Below, piece after piece: positions 1 to 14,160 of a stretch of 64,000 nt of DNA. A program made the position numbers and the translations under genes. The notes below the pieces were generated by a model. That model saw only the letters and a list, made by a program, of their open reading frames with translations, searched no databases and had not been told where the DNA came from. Each line of letters opens with the position of its first letter. The first letter of the stretch is position 1. This stretch comes from Stegostoma tigrinum (Eukaryota): positions 40,463,989 to 40,527,988 of the forward strand of contig NC_081373.1 in assembly GCF_030684315.1 (NCBI RefSeq). The letters are read 5' to 3'.

Positions 1-692
1 CTGGGGTAGATCCTCGTTGAAGAAAGAACCTGATGAAGGAGCCTGATCATCCCAGGTGCTAAGGAAGTCAAGATTGGAAACTAAAACTTGTGATTGAACT
101 TGTGCGATGAGTCCAGTAGTATACTTAGGCTGAAGAAGACACATGCTGGAACTGAGAATATTCAAAGATATGGTTATTGTCACCAAATACACTGCTTAAA
201 GATAGTCTGAATGGTGTAGATCCATTATTCTTAACAAGAGCAGCATTGAGGAAGTTCTGCAGGCATGTGGTACTTTTGGTGTAAAGCATGTACATTTTGG
301 CAATGTGATGCACTTGGCTGAGAGATCAAGTTAAATCCTAGAAGAATCGTTAAAATTCTTTGTGGGGGAGATGATGTTTTCAAGGACTTAGTGATTAAGA
401 TTGCTGAGTGGACTGCTGGACCACTTCGTAAGATCTGATTATTGTATCTGCACGCTATTGATGTGTAATTTACATTTTATAATTGACTGCAATTTTCCTG
501 CTAATTCACATTTAAGTTGCATTGATTTGAGGTTTTAAATTAAAGGAAGTTATTTTAAAATAGATTTAGTCGATGGTTTATTTTATTTTAGGTGATGAAA
601 TCTTGTGGTTTCCTTCTTTCAGTATGCAACTGGGACTTTGGAATTCATCTTTTTCTAAAATTATGATACTGGCCTTAACCAAGACTTTTACA
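1..692 (+). mobile_element. Possible degenerate LTR fragment
   Basis: Resembles the 3' part of shark LTRs and ends in ...CA; no coding motifs; weak call. Confidence 0.25.
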
Positions 693-2791
693 TTCTAACC
701 ACTCTGACAACATACACTTCTGTTTCTTTACATTTGGAATTATTAGAAATGATTATATCATAATTTAGGATTCTCTGACAATTGAATCAGATGTTCTTCA
801 AGAACATGAGCATCTGGAGTTGGGTAAATTCCATTCCCATAAACCCATTCCTGTCAGGAAGGTCAGGTAGGAGCTGGACCAAGTTGAGTCCATTTTCTCC
901 AGAGGCAAGCCTGAGGTAGCAAGGAAGGTGGGTTAGCAAGCTAGAAGGCTAACTTCCAATTATTCAGACATTGGGTGTAATAGCAACTGTCAGGCCCTCG
1001 AATTCTCGCTTCATTATGAATGCTTGTCTGGGATTCAAGGTTGACAAAGCCACTTAGTTCAGCAGAAAATGTTTACACAGTTTGAAGAGGCATTGGCAGC
1101 ATTGTTTAGATGTCATCCATCTATACCAAGCTAATTTATCTCCATGTTTGTCAAATGTGTATGCTTGTTTACACAAATTTGAGAGGTTAATAATGGACAA
1201 ATGCTTGTTGAAATTAATACAATGAATATTATTGATTGACAGTTCATGCAAAGTTAAAAAGGGCAATGCACTTGAAACAGAATGATTTTTCTTTTAGTTT
1301 CCAACAGGGAATGAGAGGTTGACGTGATCAAATAACCATCACAAAGCAGCGAAACAAGTCTACTAGTGGAATGGACCCAACTCCATTCAAATTTTGGGGG
1401 GGGTTAGTGGGTGGTGATGGGGTTGGAGTGATCCCAATGGAACTGGCAACAGTGGGAGCACTGTGCAGCTAGCTGTACCTTTCATCACACACAGAGAAAA
1501 TTCCCAGAAACAGGAATTTGAGGAGTAGGAGGCAGCAAGAATCCTGGAATCCTATCTCCCATTTCTTAAGGTTTTCTGTTTCAGCAAAATCCAGATCAAT
1601 CACCCAAACATTTACCCTGTCAATTCAATCATTAGCTTGATATATTCTGTCAGGTTTCTTATGAGGCTTCCGTTTTACAAAGAAAAATGCTCCAATATGT
1701 TCAACTATCCTGATTGCAGTATTTTGTCCATTCTGATATGAACCTTGTAAATATTTTTATACTTCCTCCCATGTTTCTATGTTCTTCTTATGATAAGAGA
1801 CCAGCGGCAAGATTTTTGTGACTCAAATCAGACTGCAAATGAGGCCAGAAAATATTGTGACAACGTTGTGTGACCTTGTCTCCATTCCTGACATAGGAAA
1901 CCTTCATGAAAGTGAGGATAGCATGGGCCTGTGAACTCATCTGTGCTTTGTCAAAGATCATTTTCTGAAACCTTTTGGAATTTTTGGAAGATTTCTACCT
2001 GACCAACCAAAGATGGGTATGGACCAAGTTGGGGGTGAGACATGGAGACCAGAAGCATTTCTAAAATGCTGACCATAGTTTAAAGGGATTACCACTTCTG
2101 AGGAAAAAGTAGCAGCAACTTGTTACAGATTAAATGTGGCCCCAACATGAAATACCTCACCAGCTCAGGGGATCGTCACCCTCCCTGCAGCACTAGGGAA
2201 ATTGGCCAAGTGGAAAAACTGCTTGGAGCACCTGAAGATTCTGGTGGGAAATAGATGTTGCACCTTTAGAAATCGAGGCCATTGATGACAAGTAGCAGCA
2301 TCCACAGGAAGGGTTGAATGCTGGCCAACAAGAGACTGGAGAGGGACAAGGTGCACAAGAGAGAAGCAGATGATATTCTAAGAATAGGCAGAAGCAAAGA
2401 AACGCAGAAATGAGAAAATACAGGGTTGGGGACGAAGCACAGGGAAGTGGGACTAATAGAATGCGTCCACGAAGTGCCAGCATTGACGGGATAGTTTGAA
2501 TATCTACACTTCATGTTTTAGTCAATGATTTTATAGTTGAGCTTAAGCTGCATTGTATGGAGATTTCCCCTATGTGGGGAAAAAACAACTGTTCATCTGT
2601 AAAGAATGGCTATTTAAGTTGTTTCATTAAAAGGTACAGTAAAATGTCCGACCCAATGTTGTGGTTTAATAAAAGTTATACAAAACAACCAACCCACATA
2701 ACACCAAACCACGAGGTGCTTGATGTAACCAAGGAGGAAATCACCACCTCCTGATCTATTTTGGCTGTCTTTTAACCTGTTCAATCACGAT

Positions 2792-4216
2792 AATAGACAA
2801 TAGACAATAGACAATAGGTGCTGGAGTAGGGCATTCAGCCCTTCGAGCCAGCACCACCATTAATTATGATCATGGCTGATCATCCACAATCAGTATCCTG
2901 TTCCTGCCTTATCCACATAACCCTTGATTCCACTATCTTTAAGAGCTCTATCCATCTCTTTCTTCAAAGTATCCAGAGACTTGGCCTCCACTGCCTTCTG
3001 GGGCAGAACATTCCATATATCCACCACTCTCTGGGTGAAGAAGTTTTTCCTCAACTCTGTTCTAAATGGCCTACCCCTTATTTTTAAACTGTGTCCTCTG
3101 GTTCTGGACTTACCCATCAGCGGAAACATGCTTCCTGCCTCCACAGTGTTTAATCCCTTAATAATCTTATACATCTCAATCAGATCCCCTCTCATCCTTC
3201 TAAACTCAAGTGTATTAAAGCCCAGTCGCTCCAATCTTTCGACATATGATAGTCCCACCATTCCGGAAATTGATCTCGTGAACCTACGCTGCACTCCCTC
3301 AATAGCCAGAATGTCCTTACTCAAATCTGGAGACCAAAACTGCACACAATACTCCAGGTGTGGTCTCACCAGGGCCCTGTACAGCTGCAGAACAACCTCT
3401 TTGCTCCTATACTCAATTCCTCTTGTTATGAAGGCCAGCATGCCATTAGCTTTCTTCACTGCCTGCTGTACCTGCATGCTTGCTTTCATTGACTGATATA
3501 CAAGAACATGTAGATCTCGTTGTACTTCCCCTTTACCTAACTTGACTCCATTTAGATAGTAATCTGCCTTCCTGTTCTTGCCACCAAAGTGGATAACCAC
3601 ACATTTATCCACATTAAGCTGCATCTGCCATGCATCCGTCCACTCACCTAGCCTGTCCAAGTCACCCTGTATTCTAATAACATCCTCCTCACATTTCACA
3701 CTGCCACCCAACTTTGTGTCATCAGCAAATTTACTAATATTACTTTTAATGCCTTCGTCTATATCATTAATGTCTATTGTAAACAGTTGCATTCCCAGCA
3801 CCGAACCTTGTGATACCCCAATGGTCACTGCCTGCCATTCTGAAACAGACCCATTTATCACTACTCTTTGCTTCCTGTCAGCCAGCCAATTTTCAATCCA
3901 AGTCCGTATTTTGCCCCCAATACCATGTGTCCTAATTTTGCTCACCAATCTCCTATGCGGGACTTTATAAAAGGCTTTCTGAAAGTCCAGGTACACTACA
4001 TCCACTGGCTCTCCCTTGTCCATCTTCATTGATACATCCTCAAAAAATGCCAGAAGATTAGTCAAGCATAATTTCCCCTTCATAAATCCATGCTAACTCT
4101 GACCTATCCTGTTACTGCTCTCTAAATGAATCGTAATTTCATCTTTTATAATTGATTCCAGCATCTTTCCCACAACTGACGTCAGGCTAACCGGTCTATA
4201 ATTTCCTGTTTTCTCT
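2792..4216 (-). mobile_element. CR1 LINE, 5'-truncated, relatively young (RT domain and 3' end)
   Basis: ORF 2890-4083 has CR1 RT motifs (YLDFQKAF, GVSQGSVLG, KFADDTK, LVRPHLEYCVQFWSP, TRGHSLK). The frame extends to GNYRPVSLTS with one stop. 3' tail of (CTATTGT)n at 2792-2817. Confidence 0.95.
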
Positions 4217-4269
4217 GGTGTCTGCATTAAATGCCTGACTCTATACCTGGCTTCTAGCTGTTAAAATAA

Positions 4270-5907
4270 TGTGAAATTATTTCTCCTCTGTGTTTACCAT
4301 GGACAATGACGTGAAGACTTGGGAACTTGGGGAAGTTAATGGCAATATCTTGAGGACAGTCCACTTCACAGTAGAGGAGGTGTTGGAAGTATTAGAATGT
4401 ATGAAGGTGGAGTAATCTCCGAGTCCTGACCAGGTATATCCAAGAACCCTGAAAGAGTAGAAACTGTGGGGCCCTGGCTGATATATTTGCATCATCATTT
4501 GTTGCAGGTGAGGCCCTGGAAGACTGGAGGGTAGCAAGTGTTGTGTCCTTATTCAAGAAGGGCTGCAGTAGGTGAGGTACTTGAGAGGATTCTGAGGGCT
4601 AAGATGTACATACATTTGGAAAGACAAGATTTGATTAACAGAAGTCAGCATGGTTTTGTGCATGGGAGATCATGCCTGACAAATATGTTAGGGTTCATTA
4701 ATGAAGTGACCAGGAAAGTTGATGAGGGCAGGGTAGACGCAGCCTACATGGATTTCAGTAAGGCCTTTGATAAGATTCCACATAGTAGGCTGCTCTGGAA
4801 GGTTAGATCGCAAGGAATCCAAGGATAGTTGGCAAATTAGATACACAATTGACATGATAGTAGGAAGCAGAGGGTAATACAGGAAGGGTGGAGGCATGTG
4901 ACTAGTGGTGTGCCTCAGTGGTCAGTGCTGGGCCCATTGCTATTTGTTATCTATGTCAATGATTTAGATGAGAATGAACAAGACATGATTAGTAAGTTTG
5001 CAGATGACACTAAAATAGGTGGCATCGTGGACAGAGAGGAAGTTATCAGTAATTGCAGCAAGATATTGATCAGCCGGGGAAGTGGGTCGAGAAATGGTAA
5101 ATAAAATTTAAGATAGATAAATGTGAGGTTTTGCATTTTGGAAAGTCAGATCAAGGTAGGAGTCTCATGCTGAATGATAGGGCCTTAAGGAGTGTTGCAG
5201 AACAAAGAGACCTTGGAGTTCAGGTACGCAGTTCACTGAAAGTGGAGTCACAGGCAGACAGGGCAGTGAAGAAGGTTTTTGGCACACTGACCTTCATCAG
5301 TCAGGGCACTGAGTATAGAAGTTTGGAAGTTACGTTGCAGATGGATAGGACATGGGTGAGGTTGCACTTGGAGTATTACGTTTAGTTTTGGTCACCTTGC
5401 TAATAGGAAGGTCGCTATTAAATTCGAAAGAGTGCAGAGCAGATTTACAAGAATGTTGCCCGGACTCAAGGGACTGAATTATAGGGAGAGGCTGGATAAA
5501 CTAGGACACTTTTCTTTAGAGTGTAGGAGATCAAAGGGGAATCTTACAGAAGTCTATAACATCATGAGAGGTATGGGTAGAGTGAATAGATCAGTCTTTT
5601 TCCAAGGGTTGGGGAATCGAGGGCCACCAGTTTAAGGTACGAGGGGAAAGAATACCTGGGAACCTGAGGGGCAACCTTTTTACACAGAGGGTGGTATGCA
5701 TATGGAATGAGCTGCCAGCGGAAGTGGTTGAGGCAGGTACATTAACAACATTTAAAAAGGCACTTGGACCAATATATGGATAGGAAATGTTTAGAAGGAT
5801 ATGGGCCAAGTGCAGAGAAATTGGTTAGCGTGGATGGACATTTTGGTTGGCATGGACTAGTTTGGCCTGAAGGGCCCGTCTCTGTGCCATGTGAGCCTAT
5901 GGCTCTA
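4270..5907 (+). mobile_element. CR1 LINE, degraded (RT and 3' UTR)
   Basis: Frameshifted fragments QHGFVHGRSCLTN, YMDFSKAFDK, GVPQWSVLGPLLF, KFADDTKIGG, LEYYV, followed by a CR1-type 3' UTR. Confidence 0.93.
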
Positions 5908-6799
5908 TAAAAGACCTCTATTCCTCGCCACTGATCTCTCTCCATGTGATCAACACAAAATGTCACCATGGTAGCTGGCATAGAAATTACCTACATATGA
6001 TCAGATCCAAACTGTTTCTTATGTTTAGTTTTGTAAATGTTAGTTTTTTTAATTCAACAAAATATAAAACTGAACAACAATATTGCATTGATAGAAAAAT
6101 TAAGTAGTAGCCATGCACTTATGTACATCTGCTTTATATCTTGAGCTTTTTAAAAACCTGTTACTTTTAGCTGCCTGCACTTGACTTTGCTTTTAATACA
6201 AATTGTGGAGTAGTTATGTAAATGCAATGAGGACATTCTTGCTATCAGTGCCACTCTCACATCAAATTTTGTAAAAAATAGTTTGGCATTAGTAAGGCCA
6301 TGCTCACCTGCAAGGAAAATATTACAACTGAGTGCAAAGGAAATGAATGAGGAACCCAAGTTCATTACTCAAGGTATTGAGCCAGATTTTGGATTCAACA
6401 GCAAATTCACCATCGACTTGGAAGAGTCTTAGAACCTCTATGGTATAGATTTCCACATTCATGTGTCAGTTTAATCTGCAGTAAAGTCCAGGGGAACTCC
6501 AATCGTCCACCAAAACTGATAACATAAAGTAGGCAATCAGATTGAAGAATTTTCACACACCAATCAGGAAATTAAACATACTGATTATCTTTCATTTCTA
6601 ATAAAAAATTCCAAGAAAAACAAATGACAATTTGGACATTCGGATTAACACAAGATATTGAAATTTTATTTTTAAAAGATATAAATTTATTTTCAACAAA
6701 TATGCAGCATTTTTAACACGATGGAGAAATTTAACATTTGACAGATTTAAAGTTTGTTTTCTTAGGGCCAATTAAGCTGTTCAAAGAGAAAAGAAATCC

Positions 6800-7185
6800 C
6801 TCAGCACCATCAGATGTCTCAAAACATTTTGCAGCCAATTAAGTACTTCAAAGTTTAGTCATTTTGTAATGTAACAAATTTTCATACAGCAAGCTCCCAT
6901 AAAGAACAATGTAATAATAACCAATCATTTTTGTGTCAATGATCGAAGGATAAGCAATGACCAGGGATAATTCCCCTGCTCTTTTTCATAATAGGGATCC
7001 CTTCCATCCATCTGAGAGAACAGACAGGGTCAAGGTTTAACATCTGACCTAAAATGCAAGGTTAGCTACCGTGGAATATATTTTCAGTACCGAATTGGAC
7101 CATATCCGTGTTAAACTCCTGAAATATGTCTTGTACTAGGCACCTCATGATTCAAAGAGTAAGGTGCTGCTAATTGAGTGACATT
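6800..7185 (-). mobile_element. DeuSINE (AmnSINE1/SacSINE1-like) old copy
   Basis: Reverse complement contains Deu-domain-like blocks (GTTAAACC..CCCTGTCTGTTCTCTCAGATGGATG, AAGAGCAGGGGA, GGGAGCTTGCTGT, AAGTACTTAATTGGCTG) with a decayed tRNA-like head. Confidence 0.8.
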
Positions 7186-8803
7186 TTAGCAGCATTTATT
7201 TATTGAGCAGTAAATATGATTTTAGTTCCCTGTTAAAAAAAATACATGCCTACATTGCATTGAACAAGGTATAGCTTTCTCCAAGGGTTCTTTTTTACAG
7301 CAAAATTAAATCAACAGCATAAATGATCAAGCTTACATTAAAATTAGTTTCATTGTATGGGATGACAATGAAGAAGAGTAGAACTACTGACAGCATCTTC
7401 TGGATTTTGGCATTTAACTCTGTTTGTGCAGACACCAGCAGATGCAGTCATTTTTTTGTGATAGGAGGATGGCGAACCCTGACAGTTTTGCCATCATTAC
7501 TACCAAAAATCCAGCTGTTAATATCCCCTTGCGGCAGTTTAAAGCAACCAGCTGATTGTATCTGAAAGTGTTAACCATGTTTTGGAGTTATACATTAACT
7601 TTCATACCTTAGCTTCCTGTTGTGAAATTATACTGGTCAGAGCACCTGAGTTCCATCTCCTAAAGTGAATAGATGAAGTTGGAAAGGATTTGAGAAAAAA
7701 AAAATTCATGACATACATTCTCAGGGGTCAAAAGTGAAATTTCATGCTCAATTTAACATTCTTACAATTGTTATCAAAATCTCAACAGTAATTCTATTTA
7801 CTTCTTATACAGATTGTTTGACCATTTCAGTACCAAGTTGCCTTTTCTCCAGGGATTTCCATAGAGTTTGTTTTTTTGTCAACTGCTTTGTAATTTCAAA
7901 GCACTCTGTCATCTTTGTATCTGAAAGACAGCTGATTTGTATATTCTCATTACAGAGCTAAATTCTCTCTAAATCTTTCAAATGATGCATAACATCTCAA
8001 CCACAGAACAGAGTATTTGTTTATCTTTATTGCAACAGCAATTTAAAAAAGAAATCAGCAATATTGTTCAGATTATAGTATTAAAATGTTATCTCAGTGC
8101 ATTGTGACTCAAGCTTCTCTACAAGTATTTTACAAAAAAAAATGATCTGTTGCTCAATAAGACAGATAGCAAGATGTGAGATAGGTTCAATGCGCCTGAC
8201 TCTTTCATCATTTACTTGGCTGAGCAAAGGAGAAGTTATAGACCATTCTCTTGGGAGAGTTCAGCAATTCAGTTTTAAAATTGAAAGGAATTAAATGTGG
8301 TCTTTCTATCAAATAGTTGGTAAATCCATTAACTTTCGCGGCCACCGCAAACCAAGCTAATGTTGTACCTAGGGAAAACATATGTGAACTTCCCACAAAA
8401 ATCATCCAATAGCAACACCAGCAGGCAGCAGTGCAGTTGTTCTTTCTATCGCTTGAGTTTGGGGACAACAGAAGTACATAATTTCCAGGCACCAATTGCC
8501 ATCATAGAATCATACACCACATAATTTCAGGCTAATGTGCCATTCTCCATCTGTAAACACCTCAGATCAGAACCAAAACTGAAGATTTTTTTTACATTTT
8601 TTTTGTTTGACACTGCACCATACGGTGCAGATACTTACTGAGTTAAGCAAATGGGAAATTGATACAGAGATCAATAATTTTGAGACAGATTTGATTTCCC
8701 TAATGTTTGCATTTATCTTAAAGAAGTTCACTCAACATCAAGCTTCGACTAAATTACCAAGCACAAAAGATTGGCTGCAACCATGGGATATTTGAATTTT
8801 TTT

Positions 8804-9102
8804 ATAGAATCCCTACAGTGTGGAAACAGGCCCTTCATCCCAACAAGTCCACACCGACCCTCAGAGCATCCCACCCATACCCTTCCCCTATAATCCACCT
8901 AATCTACATACCCCTGAACACTACGGACAATTTAGCCTGGCCAATCCACCTAGACTGCACATCTTTGGACTGCGGGAGGAAACCGGAGCACCTGGAAGAA
9001 ACCCATGCAGACACGGGGAGAATGTGCAAACTCCACACAGTCCAAGGGTGGAATTGAACCCAGGTCCCTGGTGCCATGAGGCAGCAATGCTAACCACTGA
9101 GT
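8804..9102 (-). mobile_element. HE1-type tRNA-derived V-SINE
   Basis: A/B boxes (CAGTGGTTAGCA / GGTTCAATTCC), V-domain (GTGTGGAGTTTGCACATTCTCCCCGTGTCTGC...TCCTCCCGCAGTCCAAAGATGTGC), CR1-like 3' tail. Confidence 0.9.
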
Positions 9103-10676
9103 ATGGCAATCATATCAGAGTGTCAGAGGAACTAGCTGGGGTTGGGGGGTGCAGGTAGGAGGGACTGTTCAGACATGGTGTATCTGCTTTCAAAACAAGG
9201 AACAGGAATGCTCCTGCTAACTGTCAGCCTGCTAACTTAATGTTTGTTTTTGGAAAACTTCTACAGACCATAAATCATAACAAAATTAATTGTCATCAAA
9301 GAATCAGGATCAGTGATTAATAGTTGCTAGATTCGTTTTAACAAATGCAATGTCTGGCTAACATAATTGAATTATTTTAGGAAATAACAGTAAATGAATG
9401 AGGGCAGCACAGTTAATGTTAAGTATATGGATTTTCAAAAGGTGTTTGATTAAGTAACACATAGCAGAATGAAGAGTGACTAAAGGGGCAGTAGCAATAT
9501 GGATAGAAAATTGGCAAAGAGGCAAACATCTGAGACCGATTTTTGAAAATGTGAGTAGTTAAATCATAGGGTTGAAACTTCCTCATCGCTTTATTTAAGT
9601 ATGCCTGAAGGTAATAAAAACAACACCCACATGACAAGAGAAAAAGAGATGAAGACAGAGAAAGAAGAGAAGAAAAGAATATTCTATGGTTTGATCAGCC
9701 TGACCTGGGTGTGGAATCTATACAACTGCATCGCTCCCTTCCTAATGCTTGTAGAATGACGATGCGGTGCTTTGCTCACTAAGTGGAACATTCTGACTTC
9801 ATTTTGTTCTAACAGCTTCTCAATAATGATAATGCACATCAATGAAGACTTAAGTTCTTTAAAGTAACAGGAATCTTTTGAAATCCAACCCATTTTGGGT
9901 TCAATATTTACTACTGCAGAAGCAGTGTATGCCAGAGGATAAAAGTCCAGGGATTAGTTCTGTACAAATTCAAGAAGAAATGTCACCACTCACCAGCCTC
10001 CACCTGAATATCCCTGGCCTTCAGCAGCTGCCATCAAGATTGTTGAGGAACGCTGAGGGAATTCTTACCCAATTGTCAGCAGCAGCACTTTGTAGCATCA
10101 ATTAAGTGCTGGTAGACAGCTCAATTTAACACAGGCATCCTTCAACAAGTATTAGACCATGACCTAGCATAGCAAGAGGCCTAATTCCTTTGTCATGTAA
10201 TTTATAAATGTGCATGGCACATTCAGTAATAAACAGAAAGTCTTTGCAGATTAGATATAGGCCATCCCACTGTAAAACTGATGGCATTACAATTTTTTTT
10301 GACCAGAGAAACAAGTGTGTTAGATACCAATTTCAGCACCTTCCATAGTGCAGAACTTCTATGAGGAAATCTGCAGGCATGTATTCAAATACCTTTACCC
10401 TAACATACATCATTCATTTTCCTATTTGTCGGTTCCCATTAATGCCACTTCACATTGCGCATTTTCAACTAATTATAGACTGAACAAAATGATGCTATTT
10501 ATTGGATAACAATTGCTGAGATGAATGTATAACCCAATTGCTGTGTTTAGTAACTGCAAATGGAACTAATTAACTTATGGTGAATTTTAGTTTCAAGGTA
10601 GAATTTTGTATTCGGTTACATCTGAGCAGTTTACCTGCAAAGAACAATACAAAGAATAACAAGTAAAGAACTAAAA

Positions 10677-13085
10677 ATACAGAACAAAAGAACAACGAAT
10701 GCAGAGTACAGGAACAGACCCTTTGGCCCACCAACGACGCCACCACATGATGACTTTCAAAACTAAAAACCATTTGCCTCTATGCAGTCCATATCCCTCT
10801 ATTCCCTGCCTATCATCTACACGTCAAAATGCCTCTTAAACATAGTTATTATATTCACGTCCTCTGGCTAATCATTTCAGACACTTACCACTATGCATGA
10901 AAAAACCTGCCTCATGCACCTCCCTTAAACTTACCTCCTTTTAATTCAAACCAATGTCCCTTAGCAATTGACATTTCTATGCTGGGAAAAAGACTCTGAT
11001 TATCCATTCTATTCAGCCTTACCTAATTTTGAAAAATTCAGGTTGCCCCTTATCCTCCAAGTCAAAGTTTGTCCAATCTCTCCTCACAGCTAACATCTTC
11101 CAAAACAGGCAACATCCTGGTGACCTGCTTCTGTACCCTTTCCAAAGTCTCCACATCCTTCTGGTATTGTGGTGACCAGAACTGTGCACAATATTCCAAA
11201 CATGGCCGAACTAAAGTTCTATACAGCTGCTACATGACTTGTCAATTTGTATACTCTGTGCCCTGGCCGATGAAGGCAAGCATGCTATATATCTTCTTGA
11301 CCACCTTATCTAATTGTGGTGCTACTTTTGGGGAGCTGTGGACCTGTGCACCTAGACCCTTCGGTATGTTGATGTTACTAAGGGTTCTGCTATTTACTGT
11401 ATATTTCCAAAATGCATCACCTCACATTAGTCTGGATTAAACTCCATCTGTCATGTATCCACTGAAATCTCTAGTTTATCTGCATTCTGCTGTATCCTTT
11501 GATAATCCTCCTCACTATCAGTAGCTCTCCCAATTTTCGTATCATCTACAAACTCACTAATCGAGCTAACTATATTTTTCCCCAAATCATTTACATCTAT
11601 TACAAACAGCAACGGTCCCAGCACTGATCCTTGTGGAACATCACTGGTCACAGATCTCCAGTCTGAAAAACGCCTTTCAACCTCTACTCTCTGTCTTCAA
11701 TGGCTATGCCAGTTCTGTGACCATCTTACCAATTTACAGTGGATCCCATGACTTTACCCTTTGTATCAACCAGTCAAAGGCCTTGCTATAGGCCATATGG
11801 ACTGAAGAGAATACAAAGATTTTGTACAAGGTCCCAATAATTTCTTCACCCACCTCTCTCAGCATTCTAGGATGGATCCCATTAAGACCTAGGGATTGTC
11901 TACCTTAAAGCTTTTTAAAGCATCCAATGCTTCCTCCTTTCTTAAATATACATGCTCAGGATATCAACATAGCCCTCCTGGGCCTTGTCTTCAACCCTTA
12001 CTTCCTCTTATGAGAATATTGTTGCAAGGTATTCTTTGAGAACCTCACCCACTTCCTGCAGCTCCACACATAAATTGCATCCTTTGTCCTTGAGTGGGCC
12101 TACTCATTCCCTGGCCACTTGCTTCTTATATATGGTAAAAATGTCTTGGGATTTTCCTTAATCCTGTTTGCCAAAAACACACGCCCCTTTTAGCCTACCT
12201 AATTGCTTGCTTGAGTTCTTACATGTTTCTTTGTATTCTTCAAGGGCTCTGCCTGTCTTCAGTTTCCTAAAACGTACGTATGTCTCCTTTGTCTTTATGA
12301 CTAAGCTGTCAATTTCGCTTTCGGTTTCCGAATCATACCATCCTTATCTTTCATTTTCACAGGAACATGCTGGTTCTAAAGTCTAATCAACTGGCCTTTA
12401 AAAGATTCCCACATATCAGATGTGGATTTACCCTCAAACAGCCACCCCCGATCTACATTCCCAGTTCCTGCCTAATATTGTGGTAGTTAGCCTTCCCCAA
12501 GTTTAGTTCTCTCACTACTCTTACCCTTATCTGTAACTAATTTAAAATTTACAGAATCACGGTCACTGTTCCTGAAATGCTCCCTCACTGAAAACATCGT
12601 GGCCAGGCCCATTGCCCAATGCCAGGTCTAGTATGGCCCCTTCCCTAGTGGGATATTTTTAAATATATTCTTTCAAAACAATCATCCTGGACACACTTAA
12701 TAGATTCTGCCCCATCCAAACCCCTGGCACTAACTGAGACCCAGTCAATATAGGGGAAGTTAAAAACCACCCTCCTCAACAACCCTCTTGTTTTCACATT
12801 TTTTCCATAATCTGTCCACATACCTATTGTTCTATCACCTGCTACGTACTGGGAGGCCTGTAGTACGATCTCATCAAAGTGATTGTACCCTTCCTATTCC
12901 TGAACTCTACCCATATGGCCTTGCTGGATAAGCCCTCCGAGGTGTCCTCCTTCAATACAACTATGATATTCTCCCAAAACAATAACGCAACTCCCCCCAC
13001 CTCTTTTATACCCCTCCCTATCATGCCTGAGATGTCTAAATCCCAGAACATAAAGCTGCCAATTTTGTCCCTCTCTCAGCTGTAA
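10677..13085 (-). mobile_element. CR1 LINE, degraded, internally deleted (APE fragment, RT, 3' end)
   Basis: ORF pieces GGVALL..IWVEFRNRKGTITLM.SYYRPP (endonuclease) and VPQGSVLGPLLF..FVDDTKIG (RT); CR1 3' UTR and tail near 10680. Confidence 0.9.
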
Positions 13086-13559
13086 TATCTACAACATCAT
13101 TGTTATATGACAATATGGTGTAAAAATCCTGTTAGATATTCAATCTATGAGGTGAAGGATTTTTACTAAATGCAAATTAATAGATCAATGTAGAAGATCA
13201 TGGGAAGTTCATGTGATAAAATAAAAAATACTGAAATGGTTTCTTTGGGCTCAATCTTACATTGATTGGTTCTGTGCTATTTTTGTTGGGTTTCATGGAG
13301 GGTTTTACTCTGCGAGGCCCAATGAGTTTTCTCAGACAATTGTCCCACACATGCCTCATTAATGACTTTTCCCAATGCTATAGTACTCCTCTTGTCCAAT
13401 ACTACCTGGATTCTACCACTCATCATAGCCAGAAGAAATCATCACTGTCAGGATATCCTGGAATAGACATTATCCCTGGCATTAGCATTATAGTTTAAAG
13501 ATTATTGTGCACCCAAGCGAATGCTGGCAGTCCAGAGCTGCACTCTGACCTCAAATCTA

Positions 13560-14160
13560 GCAGACAGTGGAAGCTGGCACTGACTTCCCACAGGGGGAGC
13601 CTGGAGGTCTTCGTGGATGGGGCAGTGCAGAGCAAGAATGCCCTCTTCCCCCAAGACTGACAATGGGCACTAGCTTATTCAAGGAAACCACCTGGATTAG
13701 TGTGGTCTCAGCTGTCTGGAACAATAAATAGCAGTGTAAGTCAAAGGTCACTGACCTCCTCTGTCTACCAGGGGAAGGGCTGCCATCTCCTATCTGCTAT
13801 GTTACATTCGCTATATCTCTGCTACTGCACCGAACTGCCCAACATGCCTCAAGCTCTGCCACTTTCCCTGTTGTGTGCAACATCTTCCCTCAGTCACTAC
13901 CATCCACTCAGTCACCTCCACACCACTAATTCTCCATGGGTTCTGCAACTCCTGCTCACTTGCCAGGGTACCTCATTAATTTTCCCCCACCTGCACCAGC
14001 ACCAATAGCTGAGCCACCCTCTTATATCTCACTCAATCCCTTCCTTTCTCTCATTTCAGTAGAAAACAGCTTAATGGAGGGTAGAATGAGCCAAGATGGG
14101 TGGTGGGGTGCCCAACATAGCACCTCACCAACTATGTGGAGGAGGTCCTGATTGCCCCAA
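13560..14160 (+). mobile_element. Decayed Myb/SANT-like gene of a PIF/Harbinger-type DNA transposon
   Basis: Translates to SLEVFVDGAVQSKNALFPQD... A second piece after an acceptor-like ttctctcatttcag resembles ..GGGVPNI..LT.YVEEVL, typical of Harbinger-associated Myb/SANT proteins. Stops and frameshifts present. Confidence 0.55.

Noticed and set aside
2924-3970. Plus-strand ORFs of 190 and 130 aa
   Set aside because: Antisense shadows of the CR1 RT frame; no independent protein motifs.
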